Source of the DNA: an uncultured Burkholderiales bacterium
GTDB lineage: Bacteria; Pseudomonadota; Gammaproteobacteria; Burkholderiales; UBA6910
Assembly (NCBI GenBank): GCA_964528415.1
Contig: CAZGTK010000001.1
Span: 1 to 30,407, forward strand
DNA length: 30,407 nucleotides
Direction: 5' to 3'
Shown: piece by piece, positions 8,662 through 17,567 of the stretch
Numbering within the stretch: position 1 is the first letter of the stretch
Layout: each line of letters starts with the position of its first letter
The notes under the pieces: model-generated
What the model was told of the DNA's origin: nothing
Databases searched by the model: none
What the model saw: only the letters and a program-made list of their open reading frames with translations
Translations under genes and position numbers: made by a program

Positions 8662-10011
8662 TTGGCGCAAGTATTCGTCGATGTCGTCGAGGCTGGCGCG
8701 AAGGCGCGAACCGGACGGCGGACCTGCGAGATCGATCGCGACCTCACGTTCTCCACGGGTCATCTGGAAAGCTACTGCCTCGCGCAATGGGAGCCGGTCG
8801 TGTACGACGCGCTTGTGTTGTGCGCGGGTGTTGAGTACTGCGATCGCATCTGCCGCCGCCGCACTCACGAGTGGGGACGACGCATCGAACTTCGCGTTCC
8901 GGTGCATGAACCGGAGCGATGGAGCGCGAAGCCTGTCAGCGACGCGCTGCACGCGGCACTCGACTTCCTGACGGGCGATCGCTGGAGTGTTTCGTTCGTC
9001 AAGCGCAGGAAGGCTTTTGTCACTCCCAAGCAGTTCGCCTTCCCGATCCCGAGCGACATCGTGGCGGTCATTCCCTTCAGCGACGGGCTCGACTCGCGTG
9101 CCGTCGCCGGATTGATGCACGAGGAGATGGGCGATCAGCTCATCCGAGTCCGGCTCGGAACTAAGCCCTTCAAGCCGGGCCGCTCCGATGTGAAGCAGCC
9201 GTTCACGTCGGTCCCGTACAAGGTTAGACCGGTCGATAGCAACTTCGTCGAGACGAGCGCGCGGTCGCGCGGCTTCAAGTTCGCGATGGTGAGCGGTCTC
9301 GCCGCCCACCTGGTCGGGGCTCGGACGATCATCGTCACCGAGAGCGGTCAGGGCTCTCTTGGGCCCGCACTCGTGCCGGTCGGACAGACCTACGAGGATT
9401 ACCGCAATCATCCCTTGTACACGGACAGGATGGAGGCGGTGCTCCAAGCGCTTTACGGTCGGAGCATTCGGTTCGACTTCCCGCGTCTGTGGCACACGAA
9501 AGGCGAGACGCTCGCTGCGTTCGTCGCCGGGTGCGCTGATGGACATACGTGGGCCGATACGTGGTCCTGTTGGCAGCAGCCCCGTCAGGTTTCTGTCGTT
9601 GGGCGCAAGCGTCAGTGCGGTATCTGCGCTGCCTGCATGCTCAGGCGCCTTAGCATTCACGCAGCGGGGCTGACGGAGAACCCGGAGACCTACGTCTGGG
9701 AAGACCTTGGCGCTGCGTCGTTCGAAGGCGGCGCGGCAAAAGGGTTCAAGAAGATCACGAAGGCGTTGCGGGAATACGCCATCGCCGGGACGCTGCATCT
9801 GGAGCACCTGGCCTCGCTGCGTCACCGGAAGGCGGCGCAGGGAACGCTCGCGCTGACCGCGCGGCAGCTCGGGCTCTCGCGGGGCATCAGCGAGGCCGAA
9901 ACGCGCACCCGGCTGGATCGCCTTCTCGCGCAGCATGAGACCGAGTTGAAACGATTCCTAGAATCGCTCGGCTCGCAGTCCTTCGTGGCTCAATGGGGAA
10001 AACATCGATGA
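8662..10011 (+). CDS. QueC-like (7-cyano-7-deazaguanine synthase fold) PP-loop protein with QatC-like architecture
   Basis: PP-loop variant IPFSDGLDS; RSRGF; TESG; HP; TKGE; Zn-site WSCW...CGICAACMLRR. N-terminal extension (EYCDR...WGRRIELRVPVHEPERW...LDFLTGDRWSVSF) resembles my recollection of QatC. Start TTG 8662; the frame is open upstream to an ATA at 8626 that overlaps the previous TAA. Confidence 0.82.
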   Translation: MAQVFVDVVEAGAKARTGRRTCEIDRDLTFSTGHLESYCLAQWEPVVYDALVLCAGVEYCDRICRRRTHEWGRRIELRVPVHEPERWSAKPVSDALHAALDFLTGDRWSVSFVKRRKAFVTPKQFAFPIPSDIVAVIPFSDGLDSRAVAGLMHEEMGDQLIRVRLGTKPFKPGRSDVKQPFTSVPYKVRPVDSNFVETSARSRGFKFAMVSGLAAHLVGARTIIVTESGQGSLGPALVPVGQTYEDYRNHPLYTDRMEAVLQALYGRSIRFDFPRLWHTKGETLAAFVAGCADGHTWADTWSCWQQPRQVSVVGRKRQCGICAACMLRRLSIHAAGLTENPETYVWEDLGAASFEGGAAKGFKKITKALREYAIAGTLHLEHLASLRHRKAAQGTLALTARQLGLSRGISEAETRTRLDRLLAQHETELKRFLESLGSQSFVAQWGKHR

Positions 10012-11195
10012 CCGATACGCCACTCAGCCAGATTGCCCTAGCCGATCTTGGCGAACGCCTTCGCGTCGCGCGTGAGAACGCGAGCTTCAGGCAGAAGGAT
10101 GCCGCCGAGGCGATCTCCGTTGCCCGTACCACCTTGGTCGCCATCGAGCAAGGCCAGCGCCGCGTGCGCATGGATGAGCTCCAGCATCTTGCGAAGCTCT
10201 ACAAGACCTCGGTTAATGCGATCCTGCGAAGGGAGGCCGTACATGTCGATCTTGCCCCCCGGTTTCGCAAGCTGATCGGCGGCGACGATCTTGCCGCCTT
10301 CAAGGCAACCGAACTGCTCACCGATCTTGCGCGCGCCGAAGTCGAGATTGAAAACCTCCTCGGCATCACGCGCACGCGCAACTACCCGCCTGAGCGCCCG
10401 ATCCTTCCGGGCGACGTGCGCGCGCAGGCCGAGCAGGACGCGATCGAGCTGCGGCAGCGGCTCGGGCTGGGATTCGCCCCGGTGCATGACATCGTGACCC
10501 TGCTGGAAATGGAGATGGGCGTGCGCGTCTACGTGCGCCGAATCGACGGCAGTATTTCCGGCGTGTTCGCCTACGACGACAATCTGGGGGCGTGCATGCT
10601 GCTCAATGCGAATCATCCGCGTGAGCGGCGCAACCAGTCTGGCGGACATGAACTCGGGCACCTTGTTTCTGTGCGCCGCGAACCGGAAGTCCTGCATTCG
10701 AGCGAACCTGAGACGACGCGCGAGGAGCGTTACGCGGCGGCCTTCGCCCGCTCGTTCCTCACGCCCGCGGGAGCCGTCCGGCAGAAGTTTCAGGAGGTTA
10801 CGGCGGGATCGACGCGCCTCACCCGCCGTCATGTCATCGTGCTCGCGCACTTTTTCGGCGTATCGCGCGAGGCGATGGTCCGCAGGCTTGAAGAGCTTGG
10901 ACTTACGAAGAAGGGCACGTGGGACTGGTTCGAAGCAAACGGCGGCATCACGGACGAGCAGGCTCGGCAGGTGCTCGGCGATCTGCGCACGCCGGACCAG
11001 TACAAGGCGCAGGCCGACCGTCCGACGACCCTCAAGCTGAACCTGCTTGCAGCCGAGGCTTATCGACGCGAACTGCTGAGCGAAGGGCAGCTTGCGCGCC
11101 TGCTGCGGCTTGACCGGATCGAGCTGCGTGACCTGCTGAGCGATCTGGAATCGCAGGAGGAAGAAGCCGATGGGGCTCCGAACCTCCTTGTCTGA
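10008..11195 (+). CDS. XRE HTH fused to ImmA/IrrE (M78) metallopeptidase, with a C-terminal UPF0175-like segment
   Basis: N-terminal HTH (LRVARENASFRQKDAAEAISVARTTLVAIEQG), HELGH (HExxH), downstream ERYAAAFARSFLTP, C-terminal AEAYRRELLSEGQLARLLRLDRIELRDLL. ATG 10008 overlaps the QueC-like TGA (ATGA). Confidence 0.88.
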   Translation: MTDTPLSQIALADLGERLRVARENASFRQKDAAEAISVARTTLVAIEQGQRRVRMDELQHLAKLYKTSVNAILRREAVHVDLAPRFRKLIGGDDLAAFKATELLTDLARAEVEIENLLGITRTRNYPPERPILPGDVRAQAEQDAIELRQRLGLGFAPVHDIVTLLEMEMGVRVYVRRIDGSISGVFAYDDNLGACMLLNANHPRERRNQSGGHELGHLVSVRREPEVLHSSEPETTREERYAAAFARSFLTPAGAVRQKFQEVTAGSTRLTRRHVIVLAHFFGVSREAMVRRLEELGLTKKGTWDWFEANGGITDEQARQVLGDLRTPDQYKAQADRPTTLKLNLLAAEAYRRELLSEGQLARLLRLDRIELRDLLSDLESQEEEADGAPNLLV

Positions 11196-11796
11196 TGACG
11201 ACCGCGTTCTGGTCGCCGACACGAGCACGATCATCAATCTCAACGCCACCGGCTGCGCCGCAGACATCCTGAACGCGTTGCCGTGCCGCGTCGTGGCAGC
11301 CGATTCTGTGCGTGAAGAGCTTGAGAACGGCCGGGCAAGAGGCCGCAGCGACGCCGCCAGTTTCGAGGCGCTTGTCGGCGGCGGACATATTCAAATGGTG
11401 AGCCTCGGCGACCAGGGCCTGCTGCACTTCGAGGGACTCGTGATCGGTGCGGCAAGCGACACCCTCGACGACGGCGAGGCGGCAACGATCGCCTTTGCGG
11501 CGCAGGCAGGCGCGGTTGCGCTGATCGATGAGCGCAAGGCGCTTCGCCTGTGTGCCTCGCGTTTCCCGGCCCTGCGGCTGGCAAGCACCGTCGATGTCCT
11601 TGCGCATCCCGCAGTGCTGGGCGTGCTCGGCGCGAGCGCGCTTGCCAATGCCGTTTTCAACGCCCTTGCTCGCGGGCGCATGCGTGTCTTGCCGCATCAC
11701 ATCGACGGAGTCGTCGAACTGATCGGCCCGGGGCGCGCGGCTCAGTGCATCAGTTTGCCTCGTGAGACTCGCAGCGCCCACCGCGTCAAAGCTTGA
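11170..11796 (+). CDS. PIN-domain nuclease (DUF3368/COG2405-like)
   Basis: Acidic PIN residues in context: VLVADTSTII, REEL, LDDGEAATIA, LIDERKA; overlaps the end of the upstream gene by 26 nt. Confidence 0.8.
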   Translation: MGLRTSLSDDDRVLVADTSTIINLNATGCAADILNALPCRVVAADSVREELENGRARGRSDAASFEALVGGGHIQMVSLGDQGLLHFEGLVIGAASDTLDDGEAATIAFAAQAGAVALIDERKALRLCASRFPALRLASTVDVLAHPAVLGVLGASALANAVFNALARGRMRVLPHHIDGVVELIGPGRAAQCISLPRETRSAHRVKA

Positions 11797-11907
11797 GCCG
11801 CGGTCGTTCTACTCCCGCATAACGCCCACTTGAAAATGAACCGGGATGGTCGTCCAGCCCTGGATGCGAGCTAAGTCGGTCAGTGACAGTATTTGCTTCG
11901 TCCTCCT

Positions 11908-13128
11908 TCATGCAGCGACCACCTCCGCGACTGAGGCATCGGCGGACCTTAAGTTCCCAGTGAAGGCCTGGGCCAGGAGCGCCTGAAAGGTCGCCTCGGA
12001 CTTTCTTTGGGCTTCGGCCTGTTGCGCAACGATGCCAAGGACAGAACGGCTGCGCTCCTCGAAGCGCCTTTGCGCATCAAGAGGCGGCAGCGGCACGGGG
12101 AACGCCTTGAGTTCCTTGCTGTTGATGTTGGCCTGACCGATTGCGCCGCGTGCGGTGTCGTAGAGGATCCGCTTCATGTGGCGGGTGTTCATGAAAGCCC
12201 ACAAATAGAACGGGCAAGTCTTCGAATCGTCTGCACGGAGTCGGATGAAGTACGACGCGGCGACGGCATCCATGCCGCTGTCCCAAAGCCCGGTCTTGCC
12301 GACAAGCTCTTTGCTGTTCGTCCGGTTGAAGAGAAGGTCGCCCTTCTCAAGGCTGTACCGTTCGGCTTCGTTCGGCTTTAACTCGACATACTTGAGGTCT
12401 GACAGGTCAAGGCTACCATCATAGGTGACATTGCCCATCCGGATCAGCGGAAGCCCAGCACCGGTCTCGGAGGCCTTCGTGCTGCTGCCGTAGTCGGCAG
12501 CAAGGAGAACGTCGCCCATCGGCGCAATCGGCCACCCCTTCGGATTCGTTGCAGGGTCGCCGAACATGTCGAGGAAGAGCGCCGGGATGATCTCGGCGGT
12601 TTTGGCTTGGGCCTCGCGTCGCAGCCGGACAATTCCTTCCGCGCGGGACAGCAGGTCGACGATGCGTCGCTGCTCGTCGACGCCGGGAAAGCAAATGATG
12701 AATTTTCGTAAGGTGCCCCGGGCGATCTCTTTAAAGGTCGTCCCGCCTGCGTGCTGAATCATCCTATCCCGCTGAGTTCTGAGCCAGTAGGCCAGAAACT
12801 CTGGAACGAGGTCTTCGCCGCATACGAAGTTAACGAAACCCTGATTTGTGCAGATAGGTACTTGGGCGACAGCCGTGTAGCCAATCGTCGCTCGGCTTGT
12901 GAGAAGCACGGCGCCGGGCGGAAGTAACTTTGTCGAGCTATTGTTTAGTCCACTTTCGGTGATGGTTTCCTTCGTTCTATTGATGTAAAGGCCTTCGAGC
13001 GCTGTTACATCCGTAGGGGTCGCCCAACAATATTTGCCGCCGAAGTGGCTCGCCTCCTGCCTAGATGGTGTCCCGCCACCGCAGATCTCGGCGACCTCCT
13101 CCAGCCGTGCGGTACGCCACCCGTTCAT
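11908..13128 (-). CDS. hsdS: Type I restriction-modification specificity subunit
   Basis: Two TRDs (GGGTPS...TSRATIG...TNQGF; DYGSS...FNRTNSKELVGK) with conserved-region repeats EQRRIV / FLDMFGDP / LDAQRRF / FQALLAQAFTG; overlaps the hsdM stop. Confidence 0.93.
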   Translation of the reverse strand: MNGWRTARLEEVAEICGGGTPSRQEASHFGGKYCWATPTDVTALEGLYINRTKETITESGLNNSSTKLLPPGAVLLTSRATIGYTAVAQVPICTNQGFVNFVCGEDLVPEFLAYWLRTQRDRMIQHAGGTTFKEIARGTLRKFIICFPGVDEQRRIVDLLSRAEGIVRLRREAQAKTAEIIPALFLDMFGDPATNPKGWPIAPMGDVLLAADYGSSTKASETGAGLPLIRMGNVTYDGSLDLSDLKYVELKPNEAERYSLEKGDLLFNRTNSKELVGKTGLWDSGMDAVAASYFIRLRADDSKTCPFYLWAFMNTRHMKRILYDTARGAIGQANINSKELKAFPVPLPPLDAQRRFEERSRSVLGIVAQQAEAQRKSEATFQALLAQAFTGNLRSADASVAEVVAA

Positions 13129-14747
13129 GCCGCTTCACCGAGCGCCGCGCGCAGCGCTTCCACTTCTTCCAAGATCTCAGCCTCGATTGCGGCCAGTTCG
13201 TCGAGCAGCTCGCGCGGGTCGCGATGCTGCACCTGCTGCTGGCTCATGGGGCGATACCGTCCGGCCGAAAGATTGAAGTCGCTCGCGCGCAGGGTCGCTG
13301 CATCCGCGAACCACCATGGAGACGTCCATTCGGCTTTCGGGTCACGCTTTTCCCACGCCTTCAGCCCGGCCTCGCGGTCACGGTACGCGGCGTTCAGTGC
13401 GGGCAGGTCATCTGCCTCGATCGGCTGGTCGTGGTTGGCATCGAGTTTGTAGCCGTCGTTGTCGGCGTGGAGGAAGAGCACGTGCTCGGTCTTGCCGCCC
13501 TTGCGGAAGAAGAGCACCGAGGTCTTCACTCCCGAATACGGCTGGAACACGCCGCCCGGCAGGCTCATCACCGCCTCGACGCGGTTGTTCTCGATCAACT
13601 GGCGGCGCAGCTCCTTGTGCGCCCCAGTCGAGCCGAACAGCACACCCTCGGGGACGATGACTCCGCAACGCCCGCCGGCACGGAGGGAATCCATCATGTA
13701 CTTGAGGAACAGCAGCTCCGTCGCGGTCGTCGTGCCGACCTTCACGTCGTCGACGATGCGGTCCTTGTCGACGCGGCCCGAGAACGGCGGGTTGGCGAGG
13801 ACGACGTGGTAGCGCTCTTGCGGCAGGCCCAGCTCGGCCTTGCGCTCGGCATCGAGGGTCGTCGTCAGCACGTTGCGCAGCAAGATGCGCACGTTCGGCA
13901 GGCCGCGCAGCGTCAGGTTCATGGTCGCGAGCCGGACCATCTTCGGGTCGACGTCGTTGCCGAAGAAGGTCTGGTTCTGGAGCGCCGAGACCTGCGCTGA
14001 CGAGAGCTTGTCGCCGAGGCCGCGCGTCTGCACCTTGCCGTCGATATCGACGCTCTGAATGCCGCCCGGCGACGAATTCGCCAGCCGGATGTGGTTGTAG
14101 GCGGCGACCAGGAAACCCGCGGTGCCCGCGGCCGGGTCGTAGATCGTCTCCCCGATCTTCGGATCGATGATCTCGACAATGGCGCGGATGATGTGGCGCG
14201 GCGTGCGGAACTGGCCGAGCTCGCCCGCCTGCTTGATCTGCTTGAGGACGTGCTCGAAGAGGTCACCCTTGGTGTCAGCGTCGGCGCGGTCGAGGCGCAG
14301 GCCGTCGACCAGCGTCACGATCTGCGTGAGCACCGTCGGCTCGTCGATGCCGAGGCGGGCGCCGTGCATGAAATTGACGGCACCGTTCCCCGCGACGTCC
14401 GTGAAGAACGGGAACACCTCGTCGCGCACAAAGCGCACGAGGGGCTCGCCCGAGAGGCCCTTGGCCCACACCGACCAGCGGAAGCGATCCCTCGGGATCG
14501 TGGTCTCGCCCTTGGCGGGCGCGTTGAGGGGGTTCTTGAGCGTCCAGCTGCCCTTGAAGATGCTCGCGTATTTCTGCTTCAGGACCCTGGCGCGGGCCTC
14601 GTTCTCGGCGTCGATGCCCTCGATCAGATAGAAGAAAAACAGGAACGCGAGCTGCTCGGCGTTGCTGACCGGATCGGGATAGCCGCCGCCGTACAGGTAG
14701 TCGCGGATCTGCTCGATCGAGCGGCGCATCGCGGGCGTCAGGGGCAT
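13125..14747 (-). CDS. hsdM: Type I RM N6-adenine methyltransferase subunit
   Basis: Motif I YDPAAGTAGFL, motif IV LANPPF, GQFRTPRHII, GVIVPEGVLF. Real start taken as MPLTPAM at 14747; the track's extension to 14876 overlaps hsdR and is low-complexity. Confidence 0.93.
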   Translation of the reverse strand: MPLTPAMRRSIEQIRDYLYGGGYPDPVSNAEQLAFLFFFYLIEGIDAENEARARVLKQKYASIFKGSWTLKNPLNAPAKGETTIPRDRFRWSVWAKGLSGEPLVRFVRDEVFPFFTDVAGNGAVNFMHGARLGIDEPTVLTQIVTLVDGLRLDRADADTKGDLFEHVLKQIKQAGELGQFRTPRHIIRAIVEIIDPKIGETIYDPAAGTAGFLVAAYNHIRLANSSPGGIQSVDIDGKVQTRGLGDKLSSAQVSALQNQTFFGNDVDPKMVRLATMNLTLRGLPNVRILLRNVLTTTLDAERKAELGLPQERYHVVLANPPFSGRVDKDRIVDDVKVGTTTATELLFLKYMMDSLRAGGRCGVIVPEGVLFGSTGAHKELRRQLIENNRVEAVMSLPGGVFQPYSGVKTSVLFFRKGGKTEHVLFLHADNDGYKLDANHDQPIEADDLPALNAAYRDREAGLKAWEKRDPKAEWTSPWWFADAATLRASDFNLSAGRYRPMSQQQVQHRDPRELLDELAAIEAEILEEVEALRAALGEAA

Positions 14748-14781
14748 TGCGTCTTCTTCCCTCTCTTTTTTGGGCCCGGAC

Positions 14782-16923
14782 CTACGAGGGTCGAACGTCC
14801 GGGCCGCTGCCGGCGGTCGCGGTCGGGGCTTCCGGCGCGAACACTTCGCCGTTGAGGGCCTCGAGGATCGCTTCAAGCTGATTCAAACCGCCGAAGACCC
14901 GGACCGCTTCCGGCATCCCGCCCATCAGCGTGAACGGGTGGAAGGCGAAGTGCCCGGCGGTGAACTCGTCCATCGTGTCCGCGTTCGCCCGGAGCTGGCT
15001 GCCGACCACGCGCAGCCAGCGCTCCTGGTCGGGCGTGAGGTTGCCTTCCTGGCTCAGTAGCCAGGCCTCGAAGCGCGCGCCAAGGGCGGCCGCCTTGGCC
15101 TCCGAGGCCTCCGGAAACACCATGTTGCCGTCTTCGTCGACCGTGATCCACTCGCGCGTGGTCGGGTCGATGTGGTCGTTGATGTCGAGCGAGAGCAGCC
15201 GGCGCGGTTCGTACTTCTTCCTCGGCCGTTTCTCCGCGACCACGCCGCCTTCGCCGCTCTCGTCCTCGTCGCCGTGGAAGTCGGTGACGCCCACGAAGTC
15301 GAACATGGTGAAGAGCGGCTTGCCCTTGAGCTTACGGGTGCCGCGCCCGCGCATCTGCTGGTAGAGGATCGCCGAGCGCGTGAACCGGGCGAAGACCAGG
15401 TTCACAACCTCGGGGCAGTCGAAGCCCGTATCGAGCATGTTCACGGAGACGAGGATCTGCGGGTACCGCTCTTTCTTGAAGCGCTTGATCTTGGTCATGC
15501 CGTCCACGGTGTCCTCGGCGCCCATGCCGGAGACGACGTAATCGGCGTAGCGGATCTCCGGCGACGGCTTCCTGTCCGCGTAAGCTTCATCGAGCATCTG
15601 CGCGAGCGTCTCGGCGTGGCGCCGGGTCACGGCGAAGACGATGGTTTTGCCGAGAAGCGGCTTGCGGAGCTGGCCCTTCGCGTCCGTGTAGCCTTTCTCC
15701 AGCACGTCGCGGAACTCACGGACGATGGCCCGGTTGCGCTCGGGGATCGTGAACCTGCGCTCCAGCGCTGACGGGTCGATCACGATGCTCTGCTCCGCGC
15801 CGAACAGTTGCTCGAACTCGGCGCGGGTTGCCTTGTCCATCGCGCTCCAGTCCAGCTCGTCGCGCTTGACTTCGAAGCCGCCCTCGGCGGCGGTCTTGAC
15901 GGTCTTGGCCTTGTAAATCTGGTACGGGACGAGGTAGCCGTCGCGGATGGCGTCCTTGAGCTTGTAGCTGAAGGTGGGCTTGTCGACCTCGAAGAAGCGC
16001 AGCGTGTCGCGGATGGCGAGCTTGTCTTCCTCGTCGCCGAAGTCCTCGATATCGGTAATGCAGGGCGTGGCGGTCAGGCCGACCTGAACGCCGTCGAAGT
16101 GCTTGAGCACGCCGCTCCACTTGCCGTAGATCGAGCGGTGGCATTCGTCCGAGATCACGAGGTCGAAGTAACCCGACGAGTATTCGCGATAGATGTTCAC
16201 CATGCTCTGCAAGGTGGTGATGGTGATGCGTTTCTCGTCCTGGAAACGCCGCCCGGCGCGCAGCACGTAGGCCGGAAAGTCCGGCAGGTGCTCGGCGAAG
16301 GCGTCCTCCGTCTGCTTCGCGAGGGGAATGCGATCGACGAGGAACAGAACGCGGGTGATGGCGTTCGCCTCGAACAGGCGTTTGATGAAGGCGGCTGCCG
16401 TGCGGGTCTTGCCGGTGCCGGTTGCCATTTCGACCAGCATCTTGCGCCGCCCGGCGTTGATCTCCCGGCAGAGCGCGTCGATGCACTCAATCTGGTAGTC
16501 GCGCTCGACGATGTGGTGGTCGATGGGAACGGTGAGCGGGTCGCGGCGCACTTGGCCGGTCGCGGCCCGGCGTTCGAGGTCGTCCTGCGCGAAAAAGGTC
16601 TTGATCGGGCGCGGGAAGGCTTCGCGCTGCCACTCCCAGAGGCGGATTTCCTCGCCGTTGGCGAGGAAGATGTACGGCACTCCGAGCTGCGCGGCGTAGG
16701 CCCTGGCCTGCGCTTCGGCTTCCGCCGGGTTGATCGCGGCTTTCTTGGCCTCGATCACGGCGAGCGCCCGCCCGTGGCGGTCGCAGAGCACGTAATCGGC
16801 CTTGGTCCGGTCGGGAAGGACGTACTCGAAGCGCACCGCATTGGGGTTGAGTACATCCCAGCCCCGGTCCTTGAGCTGGGCGTCGATTTTGACGCGCGAG
16901 AAGGCTTCGTTCGTTCCCGGCAT
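14782..16923 (-). CDS. hsdR: Type I RM restriction subunit (EcoAI/EcoEI-like, type IB style)
   Basis: Nuclease motif ADYVL...VIEAKK, Walker A MATGTGKT, DECH, TAT, MLDTGFD, QMRGRGTR; gene order R-M-S. Confidence 0.92.
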   Translation of the reverse strand: MPGTNEAFSRVKIDAQLKDRGWDVLNPNAVRFEYVLPDRTKADYVLCDRHGRALAVIEAKKAAINPAEAEAQARAYAAQLGVPYIFLANGEEIRLWEWQREAFPRPIKTFFAQDDLERRAATGQVRRDPLTVPIDHHIVERDYQIECIDALCREINAGRRKMLVEMATGTGKTRTAAAFIKRLFEANAITRVLFLVDRIPLAKQTEDAFAEHLPDFPAYVLRAGRRFQDEKRITITTLQSMVNIYREYSSGYFDLVISDECHRSIYGKWSGVLKHFDGVQVGLTATPCITDIEDFGDEEDKLAIRDTLRFFEVDKPTFSYKLKDAIRDGYLVPYQIYKAKTVKTAAEGGFEVKRDELDWSAMDKATRAEFEQLFGAEQSIVIDPSALERRFTIPERNRAIVREFRDVLEKGYTDAKGQLRKPLLGKTIVFAVTRRHAETLAQMLDEAYADRKPSPEIRYADYVVSGMGAEDTVDGMTKIKRFKKERYPQILVSVNMLDTGFDCPEVVNLVFARFTRSAILYQQMRGRGTRKLKGKPLFTMFDFVGVTDFHGDEDESGEGGVVAEKRPRKKYEPRRLLSLDINDHIDPTTREWITVDEDGNMVFPEASEAKAAALGARFEAWLLSQEGNLTPDQERWLRVVGSQLRANADTMDEFTAGHFAFHPFTLMGGMPEAVRVFGGLNQLEAILEALNGEVFAPEAPTATAGSGPDVRPS

Positions 16924-16934
16924 GCAGCAGGCGG

Positions 16935-17261
16935 TTAGGCCGGTTGCGGATGGATCGACTTGGCGCCCGACCTCGGTTTGCCTGGCCGGGTCGGCAGGGC
17001 TTTGATCTCGTCGCCGGCTTCCTGCTCGGCCAGGCGGACGTCGTAAAGCGCCTGCAGGTTCATCCAGAATTGCGGGCTGGTGCCGAACCAGTGCGCAAGG
17101 CGAAGCGCGGTATCGCCGGTGATCGCGCGCTTGCCGTTGACGATTTGGGTGATGCGGTTCGGCGGAACGCGAATCTGCCGCGACAGCTCCGTGGGGCTGA
17201 CGCCCAGCCCGTCGAGCTCTTCGGCAAGAACTTCGCCGGGGTGAATGGGGGTACGGGCCAT
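16935..17261 (-). CDS. higA: HigA-family antitoxin (XRE HTH)
   Basis: HPGEVLAEEL, GKRAITGDTALRLAHWFGTSPQFWMNLQ. Confidence 0.93.
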   Translation of the reverse strand: MARTPIHPGEVLAEELDGLGVSPTELSRQIRVPPNRITQIVNGKRAITGDTALRLAHWFGTSPQFWMNLQALYDVRLAEQEAGDEIKALPTRPGKPRSGAKSIHPQPA

Positions 17262-17274
17262 GGTCAGGTGCCTC

Positions 17275-17559
17275 TCAGTGGTAATCCACGATCTCGACGT
17301 TGGAAGGTCCGGCGTGCCCTTCGGGCCACTCGAAGCAGATCCGCCATTGCATGTTGATGCGAATGCTGAACTGGCCCTTGCGCTCGCCCCTCAGAGCTTC
17401 GAGCGCGTTGGACGGCAGCGCCCGGAGGTCCGCGAGGCTGGTCGCCGCCTCAAGGATATCGAGCCGCTTTTCCGCTTGGCTGCGGAAGACCTCGAACTCC
17501 CGGACCCGCTTGCCTTCCGCGAAGTCCCGGGTCCGCTTGTCGCGGTAGCTCAGGATCAT
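17275..17559 (-). CDS. higB: HigB (RelE/ParE superfamily) toxin
   Basis: MILSYRDKRT..., LEALRGERKGQFSIRINMQWRICFEW, VEIVDYH; toxin lies upstream of antitoxin. Confidence 0.93.
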   Translation of the reverse strand: MILSYRDKRTRDFAEGKRVREFEVFRSQAEKRLDILEAATSLADLRALPSNALEALRGERKGQFSIRINMQWRICFEWPEGHAGPSNVEIVDYH

Positions 17560-17567
17560 TTTGCGCG

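Noticed and set aside
8662-10011. Housekeeping queC, or a dpd-type DNA deazaguanine modification cluster
   Set aside because: About twice the usual QueC length, with no queD/queE/queF/folE or tgt-like dpdA adjacent; neighbours are defence-type genes.
8060-11796. Canonical qatABCD or type IV CBASS
   Set aside because: No P-loop NTPase, TatD, CD-NTase, TGT or glycosylase motifs in any flanking ORF.
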